A stretch of DNA of 64,000 nt, from contig JBQGDK010000144.1 of the NCBI GenBank assembly GCA_052039025.1, positions 1,069-65,068 of the forward strand, given 5' to 3'. Both the position numbers and the translations under genes were made by a program. The notes beneath the pieces are model-generated. The model searched no databases. It was not told the DNA's origin and saw only the letters and a list, made by a program, of their open reading frames with translations. The stretch is from Actinomycetota bacterium. Lineage in GTDB: Bacteria; Actinomycetota; UBA4738; CALAEC01. Shown in pieces: positions 30,598-43,583 of this stretch (position 1 is the first letter of the stretch; each line of letters begins with the position of its first letter).

Positions 30598-31299
30598 CTA
30601 CACGCTGAGGTAGGGATCCTCCGGGCGTGGCACGGCCTCGATGCCTGAGGCGTCCACGATCGATTCCTTGCCCAGCGAATAGAAGGCGCCGGTCACCCGG
30701 ACCCACTGGTCCGGCTGGAACTTCCCCGGCGGGGCACCCACCACGCGCACCGAGACGCCCAGTGCGTCGGCGACGCAGCACGAGACCAGGAACCGCGTAA
30801 GCATGAACTCGTCCGCCGGCATCCCCTCCCGTCTGTCTACGAATCCGACGAACGAGACCTCCGTCCCCGCCCGCTCTGCCAGCATCTTCTGGGAGTCCTT
30901 CGACCACATCGCCGCGGCGACCGCGGCGAGGGTCACCTCTCCAGATTCGAGGTCCGCCGACCCGGCCGAGTAGCCGTTCGCCAGGGACTGCTGCGAGGCT
31001 GCGAACGAGCCGAGGGTCTGAGGAGGCAGCACCAGGAGCGCTGCGGCAGGAAGCACCACCGCCGATAGCCCGAGGGTGTACCTCCGGCTAACGGCGCCCT
31101 CCTCGCCACCGCCGCGCGCGGTCAGCAGTCGCCCGAGCGCAATGACGGTGAGGAGGATCGCCCCGACGGGGACCACCCACTCGACCCGCTTCGAGAGGTA
31201 GAGCGACGACCTCCCTGTGAGCAGCAGGTACCAGAAGACCGCGGCCCACACGGCGAGGACGAAGCCCACCAGGACACGCGAGGCGATCCAGCGTCCGCT
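30598..31299 (-). CDS. TIGR03943/DUF1980-like membrane protein (partner of the DUF318 permease)
   Basis: MSGRWIASRVLVGFVLAVWAAVFWYLLLTG...; start at ATG ~31299 overlapping the permease stop; the upstream part of the track ORF is spurious. Confidence 0.5.
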   Translation of the reverse strand, partial: SGRWIASRVLVGFVLAVWAAVFWYLLLTGRSSLYLSKRVEWVVPVGAILLTVIALGRLLTARGGGEEGAVSRRYTLGLSAVVLPAAALLVLPPQTLGSFAASQQSLANGYSAGSADLESGEVTLAAVAAAMWSKDSQKMLAERAGTEVSFVGFVDRREGMPADEFMLTRFLVSCCVADALGVSVRVVGAPPGKFQPDQWVRVTGAFYSLGKESIVDASGIEAVPRPEDPYLSV

Positions 31300-32381
31300 C
31301 ATCCGATCAGGACCTCCATCCAAACGGTCCCGACCACCGTGAAGGCGAACACCGAGATCACGAGCGTGCGGACGAACCCCTTGCTGAAAGACGCCTTGTA
31401 CAGCATCCCGAGCTTCGCGTCGAACATCGGGCCGGAGACGAGGAAGGCGAGCTGGGAGGCCGGGCCGAACTGCGTAAACGAGGCGGCCACGAAGGCATCC
31501 GATGACGAGCACAGCGACAGCATCGCGGCGAGGCCCATCAGGGCCAGCATGTTGAGGATGGGCACCTCCGCCACCGTGGCGAGCACCGACTGCGGGACGA
31601 ACGCCTTCATCAGGCCCGCGACGGCCGCCCCCAGCACGAGGTACTTCCCGAGCACCGCGAACTCGCCCGCGACGGAGCCGAAGAACACACGCGGTCTGGA
31701 GCGCTCCGCTCCGGTCGAGCAACACCCGTCCTCGCAGATATCGGACGCGTCATGGCCCGGGTCCGAATGGCCGTCATGGTGCTCGTGGACGTCGGAGGAC
31801 GACCTGAGGAGCTCGTCCCGGCTCCGGTGGCCGAGAACCCACCCAACGGCCGCAGCCACGACGAGTCCGAGGCCCAGCCGACCCAGGACCATCGGCACCA
31901 TCAGCCCGCGGGCCTTGTAGGCGAACGCCGTGGAAAGGATCACGACCGGGTTGACGATCGGTGCGGCGAGCATGAACGTGATCGCGGCCTGCGGGGCGAC
32001 GCCCTTGCGGAGCAGCCGCCTTGTAACCGGGATCGTGGCGCAGTCGCACAGCGGCATGGCGAAACCGGCCACGCCGGCGACCGGGACCTGTACGGCGCGG
32101 GGCAGCCCCCCGATGCGGGTGAAGACCCGGTCGGGGACGAAGGCCTCCATGGCCCCGGCCACGACCGCCCCGATCAGGATGAAGGGGAACGCCTCGATCA
32201 GGATCCCGCCGGCCACCAGGAAGAACACCCTGAACTGGGGCCACCCCGAGGTCCGCAGGATCTCCAGGAGGGTCACCCCCCCGGCGACGACACCCAGCAA
32301 CAGGCCGACCTGGCGCCAGGGGAACGCGCGGGTGCGGGGCGGTGCTACGGCGACCGGCTCGACCGGCTTGACGAGCTCCAT
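31299..32381 (-). CDS. DUF318-family permease (two-component membrane permease complex, large subunit) with CDC/CxxC motifs
   Basis: Polytopic; MPLCDCATIPVTRRLL... and a cytosolic His/Cys-rich loop HEHHDGHSDPGHDASDICEDGCCSTG. Confidence 0.55.
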   Translation of the reverse strand: MELVKPVEPVAVAPPRTRAFPWRQVGLLLGVVAGGVTLLEILRTSGWPQFRVFFLVAGGILIEAFPFILIGAVVAGAMEAFVPDRVFTRIGGLPRAVQVPVAGVAGFAMPLCDCATIPVTRRLLRKGVAPQAAITFMLAAPIVNPVVILSTAFAYKARGLMVPMVLGRLGLGLVVAAAVGWVLGHRSRDELLRSSSDVHEHHDGHSDPGHDASDICEDGCCSTGAERSRPRVFFGSVAGEFAVLGKYLVLGAAVAGLMKAFVPQSVLATVAEVPILNMLALMGLAAMLSLCSSSDAFVAASFTQFGPASQLAFLVSGPMFDAKLGMLYKASFSKGFVRTLVISVFAFTVVGTVWMEVLIG

Positions 32382-33760
32382 CAGCAGTACCGACCCAGGG
32401 TAACAGCGAACGCCGGGAACACGTTGGAGAAGAGGAGCCGGCCGTCCCGCGCCCGCAGTTCCCGCAGGGCGTCGATGATCTGATCGTCCGACGCGTCCTG
32501 CTTCGTGAGGGCGTCTTGGTCCAGGAAGAACCCGCCTGCCGTGCTCGCCTCGATGAGGTCCACGCCGAGGCGTTCCTCGACCCGCCGCTCGATCCACCCG
32601 GCCGCGACCCGGGGCCGGCCTCGGTTAGCCGAACCGGTCGCGGTGACCACGACCGCCAGCCGGCCGCCGGAGACGCGCCGAGCCTCCTTCACCAGACGCC
32701 CGAGCGCGACGTCCATGGCCCGGACGCTCCCCCGCATCACGACGGCGAGGACATCGGGCACCTCGTCGGCGCCGTACCCGAGCGCAAGGAGGCGGGATGC
32801 GGCCTCGACCTGGCGGGCCGGGGGGCCGGGGACGAGCGCAACGTCGTCGCGGTCGCTCTCGGGGTACCAATTGCCGCCGACCACCCGCGGGTCGTACGGC
32901 TCAGCGCCCACGACACCGATCCTCGGCTCTTGCCCCCGGAGCTCGTCGAGGTGCTCGGGGAGGGTGGCGATGACAGAGAAGGGAGCCCCTCTCCCCCACG
33001 CCGGCGCGACCTGACCCTTCTCGTTGAGGACGACGGTGCCGACGATGCCGTGCTCCGCCGGTGTGCCGCCGGTCCCCAGGGTGGTGAGCGCAGCGGCGGG
33101 GTCCAGCGGCAGGGAGGGGATCGCCGCGTTCATCGTTCCCGCCCCGTCCCGCCGCAGGGAGCGCAGCGACGGCCAGGCACCCGGATCCGCCTCCAGCTCC
33201 TCGGTCCCCACCTCAGCCCACACCACCTCGACGACGAGGCGGGGAAGCGCTCCTCCGCGGACGATCCCGGGGATGGTCTCCCCCGAGCGCACCCTGGGGT
33301 GGGGACGACCCAGCTCGATCAGCTCGGCCACCGTGGGCGCGACATCCTCCAGACCGATCCCCGCGGGAGGGGAGCCGCCGGGCACGACCCGGGCGCCCGC
33401 CAAGACGAGGGGGATCCGCCGCGACTCCTCCGACCTCGCCGAGGGCCACGGATCCCGAGACGATGCGTCGGGCCCGGTACCGCCGACAACCGCCGTCGAG
33501 CCGGTGACGGCCAGGACGTTCGGAGAGCGGCCCTCGTAGAACCCCGTCTCGATGAGGCGTCGGAGGTCTGGGTTGAGTGAGCAGAACGGGACCTCTCCGC
33601 TGGTCTGCTCGGGGCCGAGGCACGCTTTCCCCACGCACGCCGCCCGGAGGATCAACGCGGGGACGAGCAGCGACGCGGCCAGCAGGATCGAGACGAGGAG
33701 CCGGCGGTGTGACCATTTGACCGGCTGGGTCTCCAACATCCGCTCGTCCGGCGCCTTCAT
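32381..33760 (-). CDS. membrane-anchored hypothetical protein (possible alkaline phosphatase/phosphodiesterase-like fold)
   Basis: N-terminal TM LLVSILLAASLLVPALILRAAC; weak AlkP-superfamily resemblance only; start uncertain (M at 33760 or 33736). Confidence 0.35.
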   Translation of the reverse strand: MKAPDERMLETQPVKWSHRRLLVSILLAASLLVPALILRAACVGKACLGPEQTSGEVPFCSLNPDLRRLIETGFYEGRSPNVLAVTGSTAVVGGTGPDASSRDPWPSARSEESRRIPLVLAGARVVPGGSPPAGIGLEDVAPTVAELIELGRPHPRVRSGETIPGIVRGGALPRLVVEVVWAEVGTEELEADPGAWPSLRSLRRDGAGTMNAAIPSLPLDPAAALTTLGTGGTPAEHGIVGTVVLNEKGQVAPAWGRGAPFSVIATLPEHLDELRGQEPRIGVVGAEPYDPRVVGGNWYPESDRDDVALVPGPPARQVEAASRLLALGYGADEVPDVLAVVMRGSVRAMDVALGRLVKEARRVSGGRLAVVVTATGSANRGRPRVAAGWIERRVEERLGVDLIEASTAGGFFLDQDALTKQDASDDQIIDALRELRARDGRLLFSNVFPAFAVTLGRYC

Positions 33761-34006
33761 CCCCACGGCAGGTCGCTCTCCGACGCGCATCCGGTTGGTC
33801 CACCACCTCGTAGGCGCCCTGGCGCTCGCGATAGGTTGCGAGCTGCGTGCCGGCGGCCACCAGCAGGCCAACCCCGTGCGCCGAGGACGCTCGGGGCGGG
33901 CATGAGCGTGAACGCGAGTAGCAACCCGCCGAGTATCAGTTGGAACCTCTTGCGGAACAGGAGAGCACCTCCTTGCCTGACGGAGTGCGAGCCTGTCAGG
34001 AGGAGA

Positions 34007-34288
34007 TCAGCAGAGGAGGGGCCCGCGAAGCTCCGGGGGACGGTCGGGGTCCGGAAGCAGGCCGCCGAGCGAGCCGGGCGGCGTCTGCGTGCCCCGGCTC
34101 AGCACGGGCACCCGCCGGGGTGCAGGCGGACCAAGGGCGACGGCTAGCGCCAGGACCGCGAGGCAGCCCACCAGGGTGGCGTTCGCGTGGTCGACCGTGA
34201 CCATGTGCAGGATCAGCGCCAAGGACAGCGCGATGATCGCTACGACGAGGATCGCCAGCGCTGCTCCGCGGATCAACCGGTACGGCAC
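34007..34288 (-). CDS. small 2-TM membrane protein, paralog of 38232..38534
   Basis: AALAILVVAIIALSLALILHMVTVDHANATLVGCLAVLALAVALGPP aligns with APILLLAVCVLFVALALVLHQVGMDRHEGMGMLGACLALLATALVVLLPE. Confidence 0.4.
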   Translation of the reverse strand: MPYRLIRGAALAILVVAIIALSLALILHMVTVDHANATLVGCLAVLALAVALGPPAPRRVPVLSRGTQTPPGSLGGLLPDPDRPPELRGPLLC

Positions 34289-34393
34289 CCCCCAAGACTA
34301 CCGGGTCGCGGCAGCGACCGTCGCGGAGGACCTGTTTGCCGCTGGGACGGGCGGGTAGGTGCAGTGAGAGCCCCGAGGCGGAAGGAGAGCGAG

Positions 34394-34804
34394 ATGGCCG
34401 TGGCCGAGATCCAGAGGATGCTCGACGCCCACCCGTGGCCCGGGAACGTGGACCGGGGCGTCCTGGCGCGGTGTATCGAGGAGTGCTTCGCCTGTGCTCA
34501 GACATGCACCAGCTGCGCCGACGCCTGTCTCTCCGAGAAGGACGCAGTGTTCGAGCTTCGCAAGTGCATAAGGCTGAACCTCGACTGCGCGGACATCTGC
34601 GAGACGACGGGCCGTGTCCTGACGCGCCAGACCGAGTACGACGCCCCCCTCACGAAGTCCCAGCTGGAGGCGTGCCGCGAAGCATGCGCCACATGCGCCG
34701 AGGAGTGTGAGCGGCACGGCGACATGGAGCACTGCGCGATCTGCGCGGAGGCCTGCAGGCGGTGCCAGGAGGCGTGTGACGCGCTCCTCGCCGCGATGAA
34801 GTAG
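34394..34804 (+). CDS. cysteine-rich four-helix-bundle copper-binding protein (DUF326/Csp-like)
   Basis: Repeated CxxxC/CxxC spacing (CFACAQTCTSCADAC, CADIC, CATCAEEC, CAICAEAC, CRRCQEAC); ATG 34394 after ggaaggagag. Confidence 0.7.
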   Translation: MAVAEIQRMLDAHPWPGNVDRGVLARCIEECFACAQTCTSCADACLSEKDAVFELRKCIRLNLDCADICETTGRVLTRQTEYDAPLTKSQLEACREACATCAEECERHGDMEHCAICAEACRRCQEACDALLAAMK

Positions 34805-34807
34805 CGC

Positions 34808-37768
<2,961 letters not shown>

Positions 37769-37865
37769 GCCCCGCTCCTTGTCCCCGTGTTGGGGAAGCT
37801 CGCTACCACGCTCAGCCCGGCACCTCCTCGGCCTGTCTCCCGCCGTCCGACAGCCTGGTACCCTT

Positions 37866-37882
37866 ATACCCCTGTAGGGTAT
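37866..37882. promoter_or_regulatory. candidate CsoR operator: perfect inverted repeat ATACCC-CTGTA-GGGTAT in the copA/csoR divergent intergenic region
   Basis: atacccctgtagggtat lies between the copA start (37768, minus) and the csoR start (37920, plus); this matches the GC-rich pseudo-palindromes bound by CsoR family repressors. Confidence 0.5.
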
Positions 37883-37919
37883 CAGGGCGCGACATGCCGC
37901 GCTGTGGCAAGAAGCCTGG

Positions 37920-38228
37920 GTGAAGGAGGTACGAGGGGTGGCGCAACAGGCGAGGGGCTATTCGGCCACCAAGGACCAGCTCCTGGCTCGGCTCGGCAGG
38001 ATCGAGGGGCAGGTCCGGGGCGTGGCGAACATGGTCCGGGAGGACCGGTACTGCATCGACGTCGTGACCCAGATCAACGCGATCCGGGCGGCCATCGACA
38101 AGGTGGCACTCGGACTCGTGGACGATCACGTCCGTCATTGTCTGGTCGGGGGCCACGGCGGTCCCACCGACCCCAACGAGCAGGCTGCCGAGCTGATGGG
38201 TGCCGTGGGCCGGATGCTGTCGAGATAG
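37920..38228 (+). CDS. csoR: CsoR/RcnR family metal-sensing transcriptional repressor
   Basis: DUF156 fold with Cys/His/Cys ligands (RYCIDV...HVRHCLVGG). Confidence 0.8.
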   Translation: MKEVRGVAQQARGYSATKDQLLARLGRIEGQVRGVANMVREDRYCIDVVTQINAIRAAIDKVALGLVDDHVRHCLVGGHGGPTDPNEQAAELMGAVGRMLSR

Positions 38229-38231
38229 GGT

Positions 38232-38534
38232 GTGCGCATGAGCGCGTTGGCGCGGCGAGCGCCGATCCTGCTCCTCGCCGTGTGCGTGCTGTTCGTGGCC
38301 CTCGCCCTGGTGCTGCACCAGGTCGGGATGGACCGCCACGAAGGCATGGGCATGCTCGGCGCGTGTCTCGCCCTACTGGCCACGGCGCTTGTGGTCCTTC
38401 TGCCGGAGGCGAGCCGGCTTCGCGTGCAGCCGCCCATCGATCGGTCCCACCTCCCCCGTCCGGCATCCGTCCTCCTGGGGAGGCCGCGGAGCAGACCACC
38501 CCCGGAGGATGAGGGGACCGTCGTTCTCTGCTAA
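38232..38534 (+). CDS. small 2-TM membrane protein, paralog of 34007..34288
   Basis: See 34007..34288; immediately follows csoR. Confidence 0.4.
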   Translation: MRMSALARRAPILLLAVCVLFVALALVLHQVGMDRHEGMGMLGACLALLATALVVLLPEASRLRVQPPIDRSHLPRPASVLLGRPRSRPPPEDEGTVVLC

Positions 38535-38585
38535 GCGTCCCGGCAGTCCTCTGGAGATGCTCAACAGACGGAACGGAGGTGGAAG

Positions 38586-39005
38586 ATGCGCGCGTACCAG
38601 AAGCTCTCGGTCGCACTGTCGCTTCTTGCCCTCGGCGGCCTGCTGGCCGCCTGCGGCGGCGATGAGGGGATCCAGATCGAGGCCCTCGACAAACTGGCGT
38701 GGGATCCCGAGTCGGTGACGGTGCGGTCCGGGGAACCGGTCACGTTCGTGGTGACGAACGACGGCGAACTCGATCACGAGTTCATCCTGGGACCAGGGCA
38801 CGTCCAGGACGCCCACGAGATGGCGGCCATGGAGGGCATGGAGCACGGCGAGGCCGGAGAGGAGGCTCTCGCGGTCCTCGAGCTCGCGCCCGGGGAGACC
38901 AAGGAAGTGACGGTCACCTTCGAGGAACCGGGCGAGGTCCTCTATGGGTGTCATGAGCCCGGCCACTACGACGGCGGGATGGTCGGAACCGTGACCGTCG
39001 AGTAG
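38586..39005 (+). CDS. cupredoxin-like copper-binding lipoprotein
   Basis: Lipoprotein signal LLALGGLLAAC; type-1 Cu ligand pattern HEF...YGCHEPGHYDGGM (His, Cys, His, Met). Confidence 0.7.
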   Translation: MRAYQKLSVALSLLALGGLLAACGGDEGIQIEALDKLAWDPESVTVRSGEPVTFVVTNDGELDHEFILGPGHVQDAHEMAAMEGMEHGEAGEEALAVLELAPGETKEVTVTFEEPGEVLYGCHEPGHYDGGMVGTVTVE

Positions 39006-39239
39006 AACGGCGGCAGGGAATCGACGCCCCCGATTACGACTGGGCGTTGACCGCGGCCGGCGGTCGCGGGGGGTGGGCTTCCCCCACGGGAGGCCCACCA
39101 GCGCTCGTGGTGATGCCCGAGCTTTCATCCGGCCAAGGTTCCGGGGCGCGGTTCCCTCAGGGGTGATCAGCATAGTTGGAGATGAGAACACCCCGGACTC
39201 GATCACGGAGTCCTCTTCCCCCGCCGTTTGGCGAGCGGC

Positions 39240-39839
39240 TCAGGGGACGCGCCCGATCATCCGGTCGAGCTCGTACGCGTGCCACTCGAGGGCCCGGACG
39301 TATCCGGAGTCCGCCGACCGCTGAAGCATGCTGTCACCCTCCATGATCGCGTTCATCTGCGGTCCCACGTCCACCGACATCCGCTGGGTCATCACCCGAT
39401 CCTGCTCCAGCACGTCGTGCGAGATCGAACCAGGGACGGCCGGCCGGGGCGAGGGAAGCGCCACCGCTACCGCGAGCACGACGCCCAGTCCGATCACCGC
39501 CACCACCACCAGTCGGGAGAACCAGCTCATGACGTCACCTCCCTTCCTGGGACCGCCGATCGGGGCCGCCTGGCCCGACCGGACCCGCCGCCCCCGCGAG
39601 GCCCGCTCGGCGGCCACCACGGCGCCCACGCAGATCCCCAGGCAGGCCAGCAGGAGGAGTCCGGCGGCGACCCGGGCGACCTCCGGGGACCACCCGGCAG
39701 CCGCGGTCGCTGCCGCAACCGCAGCGGCGAGCCCGATCAGCGCCCACATCGCCCCGTGGGGCCGCCAGGAGGACCCCTGGGGGAGGCCCGCTGGCCACGG
39801 GGGCTCCGTGCGCGGCTTCGGTCCGTCCATCGCGCTCAC
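39240..39839 (-). CDS. hypothetical membrane/secreted protein(s); possibly two ORFs (39530..39839 and 39240..39530)
   Basis: First part has TM helices (MWALIGLAAAVAAATAAAGW...LLLLACLGICVGAVVAA); an internal M at 39530 begins MSWFSRLVVVAVIGLGVVLAVAVAL...; no recognisable domains. Confidence 0.3.
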   Translation of the reverse strand: MSAMDGPKPRTEPPWPAGLPQGSSWRPHGAMWALIGLAAAVAAATAAAGWSPEVARVAAGLLLLACLGICVGAVVAAERASRGRRVRSGQAAPIGGPRKGGDVMSWFSRLVVVAVIGLGVVLAVAVALPSPRPAVPGSISHDVLEQDRVMTQRMSVDVGPQMNAIMEGDSMLQRSADSGYVRALEWHAYELDRMIGRVP

Positions 39840-39941
39840 ACGCTAGGCCTCGGCGGTGAAGAACCGATGAACCGACCATGGATTGTCCGTGCGAACACCG
39901 CGAGGTCGCCACGGCCCGTCGCGTGGAAGCTCAGGGCTCGG

Positions 39942-42416
39942 TCAGCCCATCGGCTGGAGTGATCGCCCTTCGAGCCCCATGGGGGGACCGCCCTCTCCCT
40001 CGGCCTCCGGCAACCGGAGCCGCTTGAGGAGCAGGGCGTTCACAGCCACGAGCAGGCTGGACCCGGACATCGACAGCGCGGCGATCTCCGGCCGCAGCAC
40101 CAGGCCCAGGCTCGGCTCGAACACCCCCGCGGCGATCGGCAGGGCCACCCCGTTGTAGCCGATGGCCCACCCCAGGTTCTGTCGCATCTTCCGGAGGGTG
40201 CCGCGCCCGATGGCCAGCGCCTTGGGGATATCCAGGGGATCTGAGCGCATCAGCACCACGTCGGCGGTCTCGATGGCCACGTCGGTCCCCGCCCCGATGG
40301 CCACCCCCAGGTCCGCCTGAGCCAGCGAAGGAGCGTCGTTCACCCCGTCGCCCACCATGGCGACGTTCCGGCCTTGCCGCTGCAGCTCGGCCACCTTGCC
40401 GGCCTTGTCGCCCGGGAGGACCTCGGCGATGACCTCCTCGATCCCCAGGATCCCGGCGATCCGCCTGGCGGTGGCCTCATTGTCCCCGGTCAGCATGACC
40501 ATCTCGACCCCCGCGTCCCTCAGGGCCGCCACCGCGGCTCGGGACGTGGGGCGGGGGGCGTCGGCGATCCCGATCAGGGCCACGGCCCGCCCGTCGGCAG
40601 CCACCCACACCGCGGTCCGGCCGCCGGCGGCCAGGTCCGCCCGCCGTGCCTCCAGGGAACCGAGGCTAACCCCCTCCCTGGCCATGAGCCGGGTGTTCCC
40701 TACCGCGATGAGCCGGCCCTCCACCTCGGCCAGGGCCCCGTGGCCGGGAACGTTCTCGAACCCCTGGGCCCGAACGGCCGGGACACCCTGGGCCTCGGCG
40801 TGACGGACCAGGGCCTCGGCCAGGGGGTGCTCGGACTCCCGCTCCACCGCTGCCGCCAGCCGGAGGACCTCGGGCTGGGGGAGGCCATCGGTCACCACCT
40901 CGGTGACCTCGGGCTCCCCCTTCGTGAGCGTCCCGGTCTTGTCCATGACCACGGTGTCGATCCGAGCAGCCGACTCCAGGGCGATGGCGTTCTTGAACAG
41001 GATCCCCCGGGTGGCTCCCAGACCCGTGCCCACCATGATCGCCGTGGGAGTGGCCAGGCCCAGCGCGTCGGGGCAGGTGATGACCACCACGGTGATGGCG
41101 AACAGGATGGCCTCGGGGGCCGGCCGGCCCACCAGCAGCCAGGTCAGCAGCGTCCCCCCTCCGCCGATCAGAGCCACGAAGACCAACCAGAAGGCGGCCC
41201 GGTCCGCGAGCTTCTGCCCGGGAGCCTTGGAGTTCTGGGCCTCCTGGACCAGCTTCACGATCTGGGCCAGCGCCGTCTCCGAACCCACCTTGGTGGCCCG
41301 GGCCCGGAGCGTCCCGTTCGTGTTGATGGTGGCCCCGATGACCTCCGATCCCGGCTCCTTGTGCACCGGGAGGCTCTCCCCGGTGACCATGGACTCATCG
41401 ACCTCGCTCTCTCCTTCCTCCACGGTCCCGTCGACGGGGACCTTGGAGCCCGGCCGAATCAGCAGAAGGTCCCCCGCCTCCACCTCAGCGGTGGGGACCT
41501 CCACCGGCTCCCCGCCTCGGAGGACCACGGCCATCGGAGGAGCCAGGTCCAGGAGCTTCCGGATGGCGTCGTTGGCCCCGCCCCGGGCCCGCATCTCGAA
41601 CCAGTGGCCCAGCAGGACGAAGGCGGCCAGCACCGTGGCAGCCTCGTAGAACACCTCCCCGCCCCCGGTCAGCGTCACGACGACCGAGTAGACCCACCCC
41701 GACCCGATGGCCACGGCCACCAGGACCATCATGTCCAGGGTGCGGACGCGGAGAGCCCGCCACGCCCCGTCGAAGAAGATCCAGGAGGAGTAGAAGATCA
41801 CCGGGAGGCTGAGGAGGAGAGCGAACACGTCGTCGCGGAGCCCGAAGGGCGCCGGCACCTCGAACCCCAGGACCTCGCGGCCGATCGGCGACCACAGGAG
41901 GATGGGCACCGACAGGATCGCCGCCACCAGGAACCGGTTCCGCATGTCCCGGACCATGGCGTCCATCGACATGCCCGCGTGGCCGCCGTGGCCCATGACC
42001 TCCTCCGGGGCGCGCAGTCCCTCCTCCGGCGGGGCGTGCACGGCGTGCCCGGCGGGAGGCGCCTCCCCCGGTAGGGCCGGGTGAGCGGTTGGAGCGGGGT
42101 CCGGCTCCTCCATCGGATCGCAGATGTGGGTCGGGACCGACTGCCCGGCGCAGTGCATCCCGCACTCCTCCACCCACCGCCGCAGCTCCGCCAGAGAGGT
42201 GACCGACGTGTCGTAGGTGACGTTGGCGGTCTGGGCCACCGGGTTTGCCTCCACTTCCACCACCCCGGACCGCCGGCCGAGCGCGCTCTCGACTACGGCC
42301 TTCTCACTGGCCCGGTAGATCCCGCCGACGTGGAGGACAGCCGTGGCGGTCTTCCCCAGCCGGTGGTCCGCATGACGAGGCGGTTCGCCGCGGCTCGGCT
42401 CCCGGTCAGCGTTCAA
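39942..42416 (-). CDS. heavy-metal P1B-type ATPase with atypical CPD (not CPC) TM6 motif and Cys-less HMA-like N-terminus
   Basis: DKTGTLT, GDGVNDAP, ITCPDALGLATPTAIMVG; N-terminal LHVGGIYRASEKAVVESAL (HMA fold without CxxC); His-rich linker HAVHAPPEEGLRAPEEVMGHGGHAGMSMDAM. Confidence 0.8.
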   Translation of the reverse strand: MNADREPSRGEPPRHADHRLGKTATAVLHVGGIYRASEKAVVESALGRRSGVVEVEANPVAQTANVTYDTSVTSLAELRRWVEECGMHCAGQSVPTHICDPMEEPDPAPTAHPALPGEAPPAGHAVHAPPEEGLRAPEEVMGHGGHAGMSMDAMVRDMRNRFLVAAILSVPILLWSPIGREVLGFEVPAPFGLRDDVFALLLSLPVIFYSSWIFFDGAWRALRVRTLDMMVLVAVAIGSGWVYSVVVTLTGGGEVFYEAATVLAAFVLLGHWFEMRARGGANDAIRKLLDLAPPMAVVLRGGEPVEVPTAEVEAGDLLLIRPGSKVPVDGTVEEGESEVDESMVTGESLPVHKEPGSEVIGATINTNGTLRARATKVGSETALAQIVKLVQEAQNSKAPGQKLADRAAFWLVFVALIGGGGTLLTWLLVGRPAPEAILFAITVVVITCPDALGLATPTAIMVGTGLGATRGILFKNAIALESAARIDTVVMDKTGTLTKGEPEVTEVVTDGLPQPEVLRLAAAVERESEHPLAEALVRHAEAQGVPAVRAQGFENVPGHGALAEVEGRLIAVGNTRLMAREGVSLGSLEARRADLAAGGRTAVWVAADGRAVALIGIADAPRPTSRAAVAALRDAGVEMVMLTGDNEATARRIAGILGIEEVIAEVLPGDKAGKVAELQRQGRNVAMVGDGVNDAPSLAQADLGVAIGAGTDVAIETADVVLMRSDPLDIPKALAIGRGTLRKMRQNLGWAIGYNGVALPIAAGVFEPSLGLVLRPEIAALSMSGSSLLVAVNALLLKRLRLPEAEGEGGPPMGLEGRSLQPMG

Positions 42417-42493
42417 CGACTAGGACCTCCCATCCCGTCCTTCGTCCCGCTCTCCACATAGGGCGCTCCACACATCCGTTGCCGCCGGACTTC

Positions 42494-43530
42494 TCACACC
42501 AGGTCGGCTCGAACGCCCAGGCTCTGGTCGGTCACCGCCATCGACATCGCCCCATCCGGCTCCGCCTCAGTCATCGCTCTGACTGCATCGACGTTCTCCG
42601 GGATCACGATCGCCTCGTTGTGCACCTGATAGGTGAGGAAGATCTCCCGGCCCGCCACCGCCAGGGAGTCCTCCCACACGGCCACCTCCCACAGGTCGGC
42701 TCGAGGCCGGCCGAGGTCCCGGGTGATCTCGATCACCGAGTTCGGGGCCTCGATCCCGCGGTCGGCCCGGACGAACACGATCCGAGGGGCAGCCCGCAGG
42801 GCGGAGCGCACCTCCTCTTCGTCCGTCTCCCGAGGGGCCTCCACCCAGGCGAAATGGACGTGGGACAGGTTGAACGGCCCCGCGGCAGCCATGGTCACCA
42901 CGTCCAGGTCAGGGATCACGGTCTGCGCGTCCGGCCCCTGGTGGGAGGGGACCTTCCGCTCGGGCAGGAGTGTGTTGATCATGCCGCCCTCGTGGGACTC
43001 CCACGGGTCGGTCCCGCGGCGGACCAGCACCGCCCGGGCCCTGCCCACGAGGTCCTGGTCGCGAAGGGCGCTGAGGACCCGGATCAGCCCCGTCGTGTTG
43101 CAGGAGACCACGCGGACGAAGTCTTCGCCACGGGCCTCGTCGTAGTTGGCTTGGGCGACGAAGGAGATCCCGGCCAGCGCATGCGTCTCGCCTCCCTGGA
43201 AGATCGCCTTGACCCCCGCGGACTCGTAGGCCGGTTTGTTTGCCGCGCCAACCTCCTTGGGGGTGGCATCCACCACCACGTCCACGCCTCCCAGGAGCTC
43301 CTCCAGACTCCCCGCCGGTGCCAGGCCCGCCTCCCGCAGCGCCGTGGTGGCCTCCGGTGTGGATCCGAAGAGCGGGTAGCCGCGCTCAGCCACGAGGGCC
43401 ACTCGGTAGTCCGTGGCCACGTCGGCCACCCCCACGAGTTCCATGTCCGGCTGGAGCGTGACGGCGTCGGCCACCCGCTTGCCGATGACGCCGTACCCAT
43501 TCACTCCGATCTTGATCGGTGCCATCTCCA
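42494..43530 (-). CDS. type II (archaeal-type) glyceraldehyde-3-phosphate dehydrogenase
   Basis: MEMAPIKIGVNGYGVIGKRVADAV...SCNTTGL (catalytic Cys in archaeal-type context); ATG 43530 after gggagaggagag; 345 aa. Confidence 0.7.
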
Positions 43531-43583
43531 TCTCTCCTCTCCCGGATGCCGACCTCCGGCATTCCTCCTCGACGCCCCTTCGC

